Shown one piece after another: positions 1-10,039 of a DNA stretch of 64,000 nt. Position 1 is the stretch's first letter. Every line of letters begins with the position of its first letter. The notes under the pieces were generated by a model. It did not search any database. It was given only the letters and a program-made list of their open reading frames with translations, and was not told the origin of the DNA. Source of the DNA: Candidatus Minusculum obligatum (GTDB lineage: Bacteria; Patescibacteriota; Minisyncoccia; Phycocordibacterales; Phycocordibacteraceae); assembly GCA_002331145.1 (NCBI GenBank), contig DCYT01000001.1:154002-218001 (forward strand). Reading direction: 5' to 3'. The translations under genes were made by a program, and so were the position numbers.

Positions 1-1
1 C

Positions 2-140
2 GCCAAGGGCATCCATCGCGCGAACTACACGAAGTCCAATGGTCGTGGCTTAGCCGCGAGCATTAAGCCAGAAGACGATTGGGTCCTACGTTCCGTCGAG
101 CCAATTGTTTCCGAAGAACTCTGGGATCGGTGCAACGCGA
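2..140 (+). pseudogene. Fragment of a large serine recombinase (end of recombinase domain); 5' part lies outside the window and homology stops at about 140
   Basis: Frame +2 reads [46 protein letters not shown], which aligns by eye to AKGLRRCNYTTADQRGGKVSIKPEDEWEWHPCEAIVAPELWERCNA in the LSR at 23463-25391. No zinc-ribbon or coiled-coil region follows. Confidence 0.75.
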
Positions 141-236
141 ATAGACCAGAATTCAGCCCAAAAGGTGTCAGCGCGGGCTTGCAAGACGCAACATTACCCG
201 CAAGATGCGCATCTCTGTTAGAGCGAGTCATTAAGA

Positions 237-719
237 GTGGGTACGCGCGTGAAAAATGTCCGACACCGGCGCCGCGTCGAGCACAATGCAGATGCTGGTT
301 TCACCCTGACCGAAATGCTCGTCGTTCTGGTCATCCTCGCCCTGCTCGTCGCCATTATCGCCCCGAATGTCATCGGGCGCCTCGGCGGTGCACGCAGCCA
401 AAGCGCAAGCGTCCAGATGGAAAATCTGGCGGGCTCGTTGGAACTCTACATGATCGATGTCGGCCGCTATCCGACAAGCGATATCGGTCTTACGGCACTA
501 GTCGAGGCTCCCGATGGCGTAAACGGATGGACGGGCCCCTATCTACGCCGGGGCGGCGTGCCCAATGATCCTTGGGGCAATCCTTACATTTATCTTTCGC
601 GCACGCCGGACCATTTTCTGCTGCAAAGCCTTGGCCGTGACGGTGCAGAGGGTGGAACCGGCGAAGACGCCGATATCCTAACCTCGACCGATTTGGCGGA
701 CACTCCTCAAGCGAACTAG
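237..719 (+). CDS. gspG: Type II secretion major pseudopilin GspG
   Basis: Prepilin motif [28 protein letters not shown] and DPWGNPY motifs. Confidence 0.93.
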   Translation: MGTRVKNVRHRRRVEHNADAGFTLTEMLVVLVILALLVAIIAPNVIGRLGGARSQSASVQMENLAGSLELYMIDVGRYPTSDIGLTALVEAPDGVNGWTGPYLRRGGVPNDPWGNPYIYLSRTPDHFLLQSLGRDGAEGGTGEDADILTSTDLADTPQAN

Positions 720-760
720 CAAGCCGTGGGTCTTACACGCCCGCTAACGGGTCGGCAAAT

Positions 761-1225
761 TCAGCGCGGCCCTTCGAAAAGCCGAAGAACTAAAGACTGA
801 TCCTCGGCATTTTGAATTTCCACTTCACTCGTATCAATGCGCACAACCTGCCACTCGGAGATCCAATCTCCTTCCCGCATTAGCTGGGCAAGGCTCTGAT
901 CCGCACGGAGCCAAACAAGCGGCCCGGTCTTGTCGATGGCAATTCCCATCAGGCGCGGGGGTATTGCGTCAGACTGTAGCCCAGCGGGCTCGACCACCTG
1001 TACGGGCACTGCCTCAAGACCAAGCAGTCGAGCAAAAAATTCCGGCGATGAAAATCGAACTGGCGCAAGCTCATCATGCGGACTATCCGCCGAAGCGGCC
1101 CCCGCGGGCGCCTGGCCCTGCTGAGGCACTTCAACCGGCAAGGCCCAAAGAGCGATGGCGGACGAAAGCAGCAACCCACCTAGTACAAAAAGCAAACGCG
1201 CTACCATCATCTGTCCAGCTCCCAA
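761..1225 (-). CDS. T2SS-associated membrane-anchored protein (GspC/PilP-like)
   Basis: N-terminal TM, low-complexity linker, and PRLMGI...EGDWISEWQVVRI segment resembling an HR domain; last gene of the gsp operon. Confidence 0.55.
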   Translation of the reverse strand: MGAGQMMVARLLFVLGGLLLSSAIALWALPVEVPQQGQAPAGAASADSPHDELAPVRFSSPEFFARLLGLEAVPVQVVEPAGLQSDAIPPRLMGIAIDKTGPLVWLRADQSLAQLMREGDWISEWQVVRIDTSEVEIQNAEDQSLVLRLFEGPR

Positions 1226-1722
1226 GCCTGAACAAGTTGAGCTGAAAGCTCGACGGCCTCAACGCCCGCCTCGTCCACACCATGAACATCCAACTCGTGA
1301 ACAATCGCATATGGTAACGCTTCAACTAGACGCTCAAAGCTGGCCCGCATGTCAGCCTCGCGGCCACGCCAAAGGATATGAGCGGTTACAATATCGCTCT
1401 CTTCATCGGCTTGAACCAAAACCGACAAGAGCACACCGGCCGAAAAGCCTGCACGAAGTTGGCCTTCAAGATCACGCGCTGCAATCGCCGCGTCCGGAGC
1501 AATAAGAGTGCGGCCCTGCCAGGCACCGCGCAGCTCGTTGTTTCGTGCGGCCGCACGCGCAAGACGGATGTCGAGCTGGCTTTGTGTGGATTCAAGCTCG
1601 GCCAGTAGACCTCGGGTCGCCAATATCGATCCGATATTCGACCCGACTTGCAGAAACACGAAGCTCACCAACAAGCCCGCAACAAGCCATACCGCTGCGC
1701 GGCGCAGGAAAACAATGCTCAT
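1207..1722 (-). CDS. GspM-like T2SS inner-membrane protein
   Basis: N-terminal TM, coiled coil and C-terminal domain; overlaps the GspL-like gene. Confidence 0.55.
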   Translation of the reverse strand: MSIVFLRRAAVWLVAGLLVSFVFLQVGSNIGSILATRGLLAELESTQSQLDIRLARAAARNNELRGAWQGRTLIAPDAAIAARDLEGQLRAGFSAGVLLSVLVQADEESDIVTAHILWRGREADMRASFERLVEALPYAIVHELDVHGVDEAGVEAVELSAQLVQAWELDR

Positions 1723-2645
1723 GGGACACTCTCCGCGAGCGTGACATTTAGCTCTACGCGCGAATATCCGTTGAACGATCCGACGCTTTGAGCGGTAGCA
1801 CTTTCGATCAGGTCAGTTTGCGCTAAAGCCTGAGCGAATTCCTGAGCGCCAGCGACGTCGTCAGCTAAGAGTTCGAACCGGGCTGTCACATGACGCCCGG
1901 CGATCTGGATATTCAACCCGGCCCAGCTCTGCGGTTTATGGGCTGCAAGCGTATTGAGAACGTCCACAGTTGCCCGGCTTTTGATTCCGCTCGGAGTTTG
2001 ACGGCCATTTAGATCTTCAACCTGCCGCGTCGCATCCCTAAGGCTTTGCCGAGTGATACGCTGGTGAACTTGTGCGGATGCAAGACTGCGGTCGAACCGA
2101 TCGCTCCACGCACTGGATGCCGTCACCAAGGCCAGCGCAAAAAACGCAAGACTTGTGCCCGTGAGTAGGAATCGACGCCTGACGCGATCGCGCTCCACTT
2201 CGCCGCGAAGGATGATGGCCTCGCCGCCTTGCCCTCGCGCTTCAAAAGCATCGATCGCGACACCGGCGCTCTTCGCATCATCCCTTAGTCTGGCCAAATC
2301 CTCGTTGCTGACCGCAACGGCATGCCAAGAACCATCGTCCTGCTTCTGCTCTACAGCATAGGTGATGGCATCAAGCGGTAAGGGAGATAGACGTTCGGCC
2401 TGCAGCGAAAAACCGCGCACTGCCTCATGGTAGTCGTCGGTTGAAATTGGAAGACGGGTGCGAAAAAGCGCATCTTCGTCAAGCCGTAGAACAACACAGC
2501 GCTCGGCCAGCCCCAGCTCGTCAATGCTGACCGTTTTGCTCGATCGATCGCGAAGTCCCGCAGGCAACCACGCCCCCGCATCGTCAATCCAGCTGATGAG
2601 TTGATCGAGCCATACTGCCAACACAGAGCGCCAATCCTGCTTCAT
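1719..2645 (-). CDS. GspL/PilN-like T2SS protein
   Basis: Cytoplasmic N-domain, central TM (RRRFLLTGTSLAFFALAL) and coiled coil; operon position. Confidence 0.6.
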   Translation of the reverse strand: MKQDWRSVLAVWLDQLISWIDDAGAWLPAGLRDRSSKTVSIDELGLAERCVVLRLDEDALFRTRLPISTDDYHEAVRGFSLQAERLSPLPLDAITYAVEQKQDDGSWHAVAVSNEDLARLRDDAKSAGVAIDAFEARGQGGEAIILRGEVERDRVRRRFLLTGTSLAFFALALVTASSAWSDRFDRSLASAQVHQRITRQSLRDATRQVEDLNGRQTPSGIKSRATVDVLNTLAAHKPQSWAGLNIQIAGRHVTARFELLADDVAGAQEFAQALAQTDLIESATAQSVGSFNGYSRVELNVTLAESVP

Positions 2646-3283
2646 TGTGCGGCCTCAAAGCAGCGGCGGCCGATAGCGTCATAGCGACAATTGCGTTGAG
2701 CTGTAACCCGCTGCCCGCTCAACGCAACGATCTCGGTCCCGCCTCGCACGCTCTGTGACAGGATAAGCGTCGAACCATTTGGCGAAAGATCCTCCATTTG
2801 CAGAACATATCCCTGCCCCTCAAGCAGCAGCACGATTTCACTATCGTCGGCAGATTGCCAAACGAGTTCCGTATGCTCATCGCGTTCACTTAAATTCAGC
2901 GACTGATCCTGAGCGTTGTTGGCCCTGAGCGTCTCTGGATCTAGCGGCCCCGTTTGGGCCGTCTCTCGGGTAACACGATCAAGGAAATGCTGTATTTGCG
3001 CCGTGCCATTTCGGGCGGCACGATCCTCGCGCGTGCGGTTATAGCGATCAGTCAGACCGATCAGGCTATGCGTTGCGATCGCCGCTATGACAGCGAAGAT
3101 TGCCAAAGTCACAAGCATTTCCATCAGGGTAAAGCCGTCATCGGCACGACGTCCGTACGATCGAGAACAATCCGTCTTTCCTGGCCCTGCCAGAACCAAA
3201 CTATCTCTGCGGTGATATCGACCCATTTCACTTCCACCCCAGCTAACTGTCCCGGCCCGACCTCCTCGCGCCGCACACGCCAA
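2642..3283 (-). CDS. Minor pseudopilin (GspJ-like); true start probably downstream of 3283
   Basis: G|FTLMEMLVTLAIF N-methylation motif; C-terminal CRYDAIGRRC. Confidence 0.75.
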   Translation of the reverse strand: MACAARGGRAGTVSWGGSEMGRYHRRDSLVLAGPGKTDCSRSYGRRADDGFTLMEMLVTLAIFAVIAAIATHSLIGLTDRYNRTREDRAARNGTAQIQHFLDRVTRETAQTGPLDPETLRANNAQDQSLNLSERDEHTELVWQSADDSEIVLLLEGQGYVLQMEDLSPNGSTLILSQSVRGGTEIVALSGQRVTAQRNCRYDAIGRRCFEAAQ

Positions 3284-3516
3284 ACCGCTTCGATATCAAA
3301 AGGCTCCAGAGGTTCCCGCCCCTCTGCGACCATACCGAGTTCAAATCTGTGCCGTAAAACCGAAAGCGCGGCGGCTTCCTGTTTGATCTGGGTTTGGCGA
3401 GAAAGGCCATTGGTAACAGCCGAAGAGGCGCCAGCCACTGCGAGCGACAAAATGGTGACCGCAACCAGCGCTTCTATCAGACTGAAGCCCTCTTCGGATC
3501 GGCGCGCCGCCTTCAC
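3124..3516 (-). CDS. Minor pseudopilin (GspI-like)
   Basis: EEG|FSLIEALVAVTIL prepilin motif; start overlaps the gspF stop. Confidence 0.78.
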   Translation of the reverse strand: MKAARRSEEGFSLIEALVAVTILSLAVAGASSAVTNGLSRQTQIKQEAAALSVLRHRFELGMVAEGREPLEPFDIEAVWRVRREEVGPGQLAGVEVKWVDITAEIVWFWQGQERRIVLDRTDVVPMTALP

Positions 3517-4700
3517 AACGCCGCCGCATCTGGAAGCGCGGTGAGGCTCGAAAAGAGCGTAACCACCATCAAGCCGATGACAAAACCCAGCAAAATGATG
3601 ATCAGAGGACCTGCCAAAGACGCAATCCGTTCTAGCCGAGTTTCAGCGCGCTCTGCTAGCGTCAAACCGGCCTCAGCGACTAGATCGGCAAAACTACCGC
3701 CACGCATCCCAAGGCGTGAGGCTTGAACGATAAGATGTCGCTCACCAAGCGCTTCGCTAAGCGCGACATCAAGCGATCCACCTTGTCGGACCGAATGGGC
3801 CGACACCAAGAGCCGATCTTTGAGGATTGTATTCGAGGTGGCTGCGCTGGCTTCGGCCATGGCGTCACCTGCGGGTGTTCCTGCCTTGAGCAGAGCAGCG
3901 AACAGCCGGGCAAAAAGCGCGATGTCGATCGCTTCGGCCAGCCCCATCCCTAAAGGCCCTAAAGCGACCTGATCACGCCAACGCGCCATGTGGGCCCGTA
4001 AGGCGGGGATCTGACCCAACAAAATTGCAGCGAGAACCGCAATCAGCATCGCGACCAAAACACTCGGTGCCGCGTCCGAAACCGCCAGCATCCAACGCGC
4101 GCTTGCCGGCATGGCCTCGCCCAGACTTTCAAACACCGGGCGCAGACTGGGAATGACCACGAGCAAAAAAACCACCAACACACCAAGCGCCGTGATGGAG
4201 ACCACCGACGGGTAAAGCATCAGCGAGATGATTTTTTCGCGAAAGCGAGCTGTCGCCGTAAAAAGGGGAGCGGCCGCCTTGAGAGCATCTGCCAATCGCC
4301 CAGAACGCTCCCCCGCCGCCACAACAGCCGATAAAGCCCGTCCAGGCGCGCCTTCAAGGCCCGCAAAGGCCTCGCCGGGCCCCTGTCCCTGCGCAAGTCG
4401 TTTTGCGGCAAGCTCTAACGCATGGCGAGCCGCACGGCTCTCCTGAGCCTGCGACGCCAGAGCCGTCCCGGCTTCAAGAGGCACACCGGCCGCAGTCAAC
4501 CTTGCGATTTCTGAACTTAAACGCCCCGCATCCTTAAAGCTTAGCTTTGGTGTGGCATCGGCCTTGGCCTCGCTCACACGTATGGGCGAGAGTTGTTGAT
4601 GGGCCAAAAGTTCGATCACCTGCGGGGTATTCGCCGCCTCGATCTCGCCTTTGACACGCTCTCCTTTTCCGGTCCGGGCGATATAACGATATGTCGTCAT
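3513..4700 (-). CDS. gspF: Type II secretion inner-membrane platform protein GspF
   Basis: YRYIARTGKGERVKGEIEA start, AGERSGRL, YPSVV, three TM segments. Confidence 0.9.
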   Translation of the reverse strand: MTTYRYIARTGKGERVKGEIEAANTPQVIELLAHQQLSPIRVSEAKADATPKLSFKDAGRLSSEIARLTAAGVPLEAGTALASQAQESRAARHALELAAKRLAQGQGPGEAFAGLEGAPGRALSAVVAAGERSGRLADALKAAAPLFTATARFREKIISLMLYPSVVSITALGVLVVFLLVVIPSLRPVFESLGEAMPASARWMLAVSDAAPSVLVAMLIAVLAAILLGQIPALRAHMARWRDQVALGPLGMGLAEAIDIALFARLFAALLKAGTPAGDAMAEASAATSNTILKDRLLVSAHSVRQGGSLDVALSEALGERHLIVQASRLGMRGGSFADLVAEAGLTLAERAETRLERIASLAGPLIIILLGFVIGLMVVTLFSSLTALPDAAAL

Positions 4701-6331
4701 GCCGCCTCCAAAGCACGCAAAACTTCATCGACCGACGTGAGACCTTGGCTGGCTTTGACAAGACCGTCGGTCAACAAGGGGGCCGCAACATGCGCACGCA
4801 TGGGGGCAAGCGATCCACGCTTGCGCACCAGTGCGGCAACCTCGTCGTCAAACACCAAGGTTTCCGAAATCACCATCCGCCCAAGGAAACCACCGCTACA
4901 GGCACTACATCCGACAGGACGGCGAAACCCTTCTCTCAAATTCGACATATTCGCCCGATCGATCAGCTCGCGTGGCGTCTCCGTCGGCTTGGAGCAATGC
5001 GGGCACAAACGCCGCACCAGCCGTTGCGCACTCGTTGCGCTTAGGGTTGCAGCCAGAAGATAGGGCTCGACCTCCATCTCAATAAGGCGGATCGGAACAC
5101 TGGCTGCGTCATTGGCGTGAATGGTTGATAGAACCAGGTGGCCTGTGAGCGCCGCCTGTACAGCAGTTTTTGCTGTGTCGGGATCCCGGATTTCACCGAC
5201 CAGAATGATATCGGGATCGTAACGCAGGAAGGCTTTGAGGGCGCTGGAAAACGTCAAATCAGCTGCCGGATCAAGCTGAGTCTGGTGGACATCCTCGAAA
5301 AAATATTCGATCGGGTCTTCCACCGTGACTATTTTACGATTTGGCGCTCGCAAGGCATTAACCGCAGCGTATAACGTGGTGGTTTTACCGCCCCCGGTTG
5401 GGCCGGAAACAAGGAACAGCCCCTGCGGTTTGGCGACAGCCGTGCGGATTTTCGTAATCTCGCTACCTCGAAACCCCAGATCCGCAAAATCAAGCTCGAC
5501 GTCGGCCCTATCGAGCAAACGGATTACCGCGCCTTCGCCATGAGCAGATGGGATAATGGAAAGACGTACATCGATCGGCCGGCCGCGCGCGCTCAATGCA
5601 GTCCTTCCATCCTGAGCCCGACGATGGTCGGCGACATCAAGGTCGCCGAGGACTTTCAGCCGGGCGATAAGACCATCGGTCATCCCGGGCGAAAGCCTCT
5701 GCCGTTCCTCCAATTGACCGTCAATGCGAAAACGAATGCGCCCGCCATCGGGCTTACGTTCGACATGAATATCCGAAGCACGCATTTCGACGGCTTCGGC
5801 AACCAGGCTTTCGACAAGACGAACAGCCGGCGCATCGAGTGACAGGTCGCGGATGCCGCCCGCGTCCTGTGTCCAGCGCGCTCCGCGCCCACGTGCCCCG
5901 CTGGATGGTGCATCGCTTTCACTACCATAAAGGCGATCAAAGGTTCGCCGCCATGCATGAAATCCGATCGTGGAACACCGGACTGCCAGGCCGGTTGCGA
6001 AACGCACCCCTGCTGCGACTTCATCATCGCTCGGATCGACCACGGCCAGATGAAGCCCCGCATCATCCTGTTTTAGGGGCAAGGCCCGGTGGGTTTTGAG
6101 AAAACCGGACTGGAGTTTAAGGTCAAGCGCTGCGTCCGGGACATCTTCCATTGAAACGATTGGAAGACCGTAGGCCGCCGCCAGCGAGGCCACTACATGA
6201 TCGTCCTGCAGCAACCCCAGCCGGCTAATAACAACCGGCAATGGCTCTCCCGTTTCCGCCTGAGCTGCCGCCGCACGGGCTGCCGCTTCTGGAGTGAGGC
6301 CGGCCGCTTCGAGGTGCTGCAACATCATCAT
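4697..6331 (-). CDS. gspE: Type II secretion ATPase GspE
   Basis: Walker A GPTGGGKTTT, TVEDPIEY, LRYDPDIILVGEIRD, AALTGHLVLSTIH, CPHC/CSAC zinc motif. Confidence 0.95.
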   Translation of the reverse strand: MMMLQHLEAAGLTPEAAARAAAAQAETGEPLPVVISRLGLLQDDHVVASLAAAYGLPIVSMEDVPDAALDLKLQSGFLKTHRALPLKQDDAGLHLAVVDPSDDEVAAGVRFATGLAVRCSTIGFHAWRRTFDRLYGSESDAPSSGARGRGARWTQDAGGIRDLSLDAPAVRLVESLVAEAVEMRASDIHVERKPDGGRIRFRIDGQLEERQRLSPGMTDGLIARLKVLGDLDVADHRRAQDGRTALSARGRPIDVRLSIIPSAHGEGAVIRLLDRADVELDFADLGFRGSEITKIRTAVAKPQGLFLVSGPTGGGKTTTLYAAVNALRAPNRKIVTVEDPIEYFFEDVHQTQLDPAADLTFSSALKAFLRYDPDIILVGEIRDPDTAKTAVQAALTGHLVLSTIHANDAASVPIRLIEMEVEPYLLAATLSATSAQRLVRRLCPHCSKPTETPRELIDRANMSNLREGFRRPVGCSACSGGFLGRMVISETLVFDDEVAALVRKRGSLAPMRAHVAAPLLTDGLVKASQGLTSVDEVLRALEAA

Positions 6332-7191
6332 GCGGAGACCTCTCCCGGGCATGCTGGATTGGCAGCGCCCAGTTTATCCCATGCCTGTATCCAGTAGGGG
6401 TCAGCCGGGTCGCCCGTAAACCGGACGAGCACGGAAACACCACGCCCAGCCAAATTGTCTTCGACCCAGCGCAGCTCCAATCCCAACAGGTCTCCGCTCC
6501 CAAAACTTACCGGTGGCGCGGCCTGTCTTGCCTCACCGCCCGGGTCCAGATTAAGCGCACCAATCAGCCAGGACGGAGCAAATCGCGCATCGGGCGTTTC
6601 TTCCCAGGTCGAAACGGTAATGTGGGACCTCAAACAGAAAACGAGTTCGTCGGTCGCCCCAAGAACAAATTTGAGCTCGTCTTCGTGCCGGAAGAAGCGA
6701 TTGCCCGGGGCGGGCAGCCCGGCGGCGGCATATTCGCGGGCCTCGGCGCCATTATTGGAGCGAAGATCGTCCGGATCACGCCAATCGATGATCGCGGCCG
6801 ACAGCGTGTCTGGCTCCGACGCCCCGGCTGCCGTCAAGAGGACCTGCAATACCGATTGCGGCGCAGCGTTTATGTCGACCCGGCCGAGCGGTGAGAAAAA
6901 CCGTGCTTCCAGCGCTCCAGTGTTCGTCTGGACGACAAAGCCCTCACCAAACTGGATCGGCTCTGTCCCTGTCGCCACAGTACGCAATGCCAAGGCGAAC
7001 CCGGACCGCAGGGCCGCATCCTGCTCGACCAAATGCTTCTCTTGGCGATGAAGATAAGCCGTATCCAGCACGATCTGGATCGTAAGAATGGCGATCGCGG
7101 CGAGTATGACGGTCAAGGCCAGCGCAGAAACGAGCACGGAACCGCGTTCACGGTCCCCGTTCCTTGTCTCAATTCGCTCTGCGCTAGCCAT
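6328..7191 (-). CDS. gspK: Minor pseudopilin GspK
   Basis: RERG|SVLVSAL, GRVDINAA and AIIDWRDPD...GAE motifs. Confidence 0.88.
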   Translation of the reverse strand: MASAERIETRNGDRERGSVLVSALALTVILAAIAILTIQIVLDTAYLHRQEKHLVEQDAALRSGFALALRTVATGTEPIQFGEGFVVQTNTGALEARFFSPLGRVDINAAPQSVLQVLLTAAGASEPDTLSAAIIDWRDPDDLRSNNGAEAREYAAAGLPAPGNRFFRHEDELKFVLGATDELVFCLRSHITVSTWEETPDARFAPSWLIGALNLDPGGEARQAAPPVSFGSGDLLGLELRWVEDNLAGRGVSVLVRFTGDPADPYWIQAWDKLGAANPACPGEVSA

Positions 7192-9166
7192 CGCCAAATC
7201 CTGATTGGCGGATGCGGTTCATCCGCGTGCGCAAATCTCGTGTCGCCGCCAGGGCATCTTCGCGCGATCGCATCACCCGCGGAGACAGGAAAACCAACAA
7301 TTCGGTCCGCCGTGTCGTATCGGACGTATCGCGGAAAAGATTGCCAACGACTGGCGCGTTCTGCAGCGCCGGCAACCCTGAGCGCGAGCGCGTCTGCTGC
7401 GCACGGATCAACCCGCCCAGCACGACCGTCTCGCCATCATAGAGCGAAATCATGGATTCCAGCCGGCGTCGCTGGATCGTCGGCGAGTCGATGCCGGATG
7501 TTGTCGTTTCCGATACAGAGCTGACTTCCTGCACCACACCCAGGACGATCAAACCGTTCGGGTCGATGCGAGCCGTCACGTTGAGCGTGACACCGGTGTC
7601 GCGGAACTGGATCGAATTGACAATCGGTGCATCGGGATCGGCGACACTGACGGCACTCTGCGTGACGATAGGAACCTGATCGCCCACCTGCACGACCGCG
7701 GACTGGTTATTGCGCACGACGATCTGCGGCGCCGACACCGTCTCCACCTCCGTCAGGGACGAGATCGCGTTGAGCGCAGCGCGTACATAGTCGGACGCAT
7801 AAGTGTATGAAAAACCAGGAAAGCTCGACACCACAGAGCCGCTGGTCGTCGAGGTCGAGGTCGCCTGGCCGCCATCGCGCGTATCCAAAAACCACTGCAC
7901 GCCGTAACGCAGATCATCCGTCAGCACGACTTCGATGATAAGCGCCTCAATAAGAACCTGATCCGGCGCCCGGTCGAGCTGTTCGACGACATCCTCGACC
8001 TCGCGATGCCCCTGATCATTGGCCGAGATGAGAAGACTATTCGTGCCCTCATCGGCCCGTACGCTGATCGCGCTGTTTGAGGACACCGCAACGTCCGAGG
8101 AAAAAAGATCGGTGAGATGCTGTGCCACTGTAATCGCATCGGAATTGACCAGACCGCGCACCCGAACTTGCCGGGTTTCCTGAGGGTGCACATCCAGGCG
8201 TTCGACCCAGGCTTCAACTTGATCAAGGCGGTAATCATGCTTGGCGATTGCCACGACCGCATTGAGCCGGTTGAACGGCACGAATTCGATCTGCGAACCG
8301 ACGGGTCCGTCCGGTCCGCCTAGAATGGAGTTGAGCTCGGCCACGATCGCGTCCGGCGACGCCGCACGCAGCGGATATAGCCCGAAGGACATCTGATCGA
8401 GCCAATCGACATCGAACAGCGAGACCATTTCCAGCATGGCTTCAAGTTGAGCCGCACTTCCGGAGAGGATCAGGATCTCGCGCGGGGCATCCACCACAAC
8501 ATGACCGCCCGTCCGCCGGAAAGGTTCTAAGAGGCCGGACATATCCTGAGCCGAGGTATAATTGAGCGGCACGATCAGAACGCTTTGGCCGGGCGGTATT
8601 CCGTCGCGGACTAAACGCGGCGCGGCGACGAAATCCTGGGAGCGGCTGGAATTGGCGACGATGTAACTTCCATCCGCGCTCTGGCTCAAACCATAACCGG
8701 AAAGCTGCAAGGCACGGTCGAGCACACGCGGTATATCCTGCTGCCGAACCGGCCGGGTCGAACGCAAACTGACCCGGCCGTTCACATTGGGATCGATCAC
8801 GAAGGCCTCGCCCAACATATCGCCGAGCACCGCAGAAACGACTTCCTGGATGGGCGCATCGTCAAAGGCGAGCTGAATGCTGTCGCGCTCGATGCGGGAT
8901 TGATTGCTGCTACGCGTCAGGGGGCTATCATTCACCTCGGACCTGAAAGGTGCAACTGTCCCTGCCGCTGTTTCAGCCTCAAACAATGGTGCCGGCGCCT
9001 CGCCGGTATCGTCGCCGTTGTCAGAAGGTCGCGTCGCCTGACCAGCCGGAGCCTGCAAAAGCGGATCGGCTAGGCTGAAAACACCGTTCTCACGCAGACC
9101 ACTCGACGCGCAAGCCGAGACGGCGAGCGCGCCCGCCAAAACCATCCAAAATCCTGTTAGTCGCAT
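7184..9166 (-). CDS. gspD: Type II secretion secretin GspD (lipoprotein signal)
   Basis: LAVSAC lipobox, N domains, QVLIEALIIEV, VGDQVP, GETVVLGGLI, RTELLVFLSPRV. Confidence 0.95.
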   Translation of the reverse strand: MRLTGFWMVLAGALAVSACASSGLRENGVFSLADPLLQAPAGQATRPSDNGDDTGEAPAPLFEAETAAGTVAPFRSEVNDSPLTRSSNQSRIERDSIQLAFDDAPIQEVVSAVLGDMLGEAFVIDPNVNGRVSLRSTRPVRQQDIPRVLDRALQLSGYGLSQSADGSYIVANSSRSQDFVAAPRLVRDGIPPGQSVLIVPLNYTSAQDMSGLLEPFRRTGGHVVVDAPREILILSGSAAQLEAMLEMVSLFDVDWLDQMSFGLYPLRAASPDAIVAELNSILGGPDGPVGSQIEFVPFNRLNAVVAIAKHDYRLDQVEAWVERLDVHPQETRQVRVRGLVNSDAITVAQHLTDLFSSDVAVSSNSAISVRADEGTNSLLISANDQGHREVEDVVEQLDRAPDQVLIEALIIEVVLTDDLRYGVQWFLDTRDGGQATSTSTTSGSVVSSFPGFSYTYASDYVRAALNAISSLTEVETVSAPQIVVRNNQSAVVQVGDQVPIVTQSAVSVADPDAPIVNSIQFRDTGVTLNVTARIDPNGLIVLGVVQEVSSVSETTTSGIDSPTIQRRRLESMISLYDGETVVLGGLIRAQQTRSRSGLPALQNAPVVGNLFRDTSDTTRRTELLVFLSPRVMRSREDALAATRDLRTRMNRIRQSGFGDG

Positions 9167-9339
9167 AATGATCCCGTACGCGCTTAAGGGGAAACTCTGG
9201 CATTAGAGGGGCGTTGGAGCAAGCTTGGAGGTGGGTAATATTTCTGACCTGAGACCCATTTGGTCCCGGGCCTGTTTAAGAAAGTGCGGTCAGGTTTTAC
9301 AGGGCGATCCACAACGAGTGTTATTGGCGGAGGCGGGCT

Positions 9340-9365
9340 GGCCGGGTTGTAGTCGAAGCTCACCG
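9340..9365 (-). repeat. 26-bp relic of an rhs core (24/26 identical to 11336-11361)
   Basis: GGCCGGGTTGTAGTCGAAGCTCACCG versus GGCCGGATTATAGTCGAAGCTCACCG; both mismatches are synonymous in the minus-strand frame VSFDYNPA. Confidence 0.6.
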
Positions 9366-9481
9366 AATCGAATGGTGCGTGTCGCCATTTATTCGTTTAT
9401 TCGCCTACGGAAAAAGGGGTCTGTCCCTACTTTTCCATTAGAACTCACACCTAGACCGGTTCACGGATGGTCGCTCGAATC

Positions 9482-9859
9482 TCACTTTCGACGCCAGAAA
9501 ATCAGGGCGCCAGCGGTGTTGATAACTGCTGCCCCGGTTAGAAGAACCCAAAATTGAAACGAAACCGCGCCCTCTGCAATACCTAGTTCGACGTAGTGAC
9601 CAAGTGATAAAGTAGAACCCAAAACAATCGCCAAAAAGCGAAGCTCCTTTGGGTTTAGGACAACCAATAGACTCCAGAAAACCAGGGCAAACACTATCCC
9701 GAGTTCCAACCGGCTGAACGCATCAATCAATACGTCTATAAAAACCTCAACAATAGCGGCAATCAGGCCGGCAACAAATATCCGAAAAGCCGCTTGTTGT
9801 AGTGCCATATTCCCCGTTTTCATTCCGCGTTCTCTATCCATACAGCACTTCAGTAGCAA
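9482..9859 (-). CDS. Small multi-TM membrane protein, candidate RHS immunity protein
   Basis: About four hydrophobic segments, locally lower GC, first ORF downstream of rhs on the same strand. Confidence 0.55.
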   Translation of the reverse strand: MLLKCCMDRERGMKTGNMALQQAAFRIFVAGLIAAIVEVFIDVLIDAFSRLELGIVFALVFWSLLVVLNPKELRFLAIVLGSTLSLGHYVELGIAEGAVSFQFWVLLTGAAVINTAGALIFWRRK

Positions 9860-10039
9860 CCTAAGTCTACACTCGCAGAAATCTACAGTCTGATGCAGCA
9901 GAAAAACCTACCAGATCCAAACGTTTTCTTCGTTCTGTAATACGATCTCACGAACTGAAATATTCCGAAGCTAGCTCTCATTCATTGATTAGAGACTATT
10001 CTTTTGCCCAACATGCATCACTTTAATAGCAAGCGCATA

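Noticed and set aside
179..568. 129-aa ORF overlapping gspG
   Set aside because: It is the run-on frame of the truncated LSR and has no protein-like features; gspG is the real gene.
9411..9436. AAAAAGGGGTCTGTCCCTACTTTTCC, resembling REP-like motifs found near RAYT transposases
   Set aside because: Single copy and no transposase in the window; cannot be supported.
9855..9864. AGCAACCTAA, a partial third copy of the putative LSR att motif
   Set aside because: Only 10 nt match, with no adjacent HTH or recombinase remnant; could be chance.
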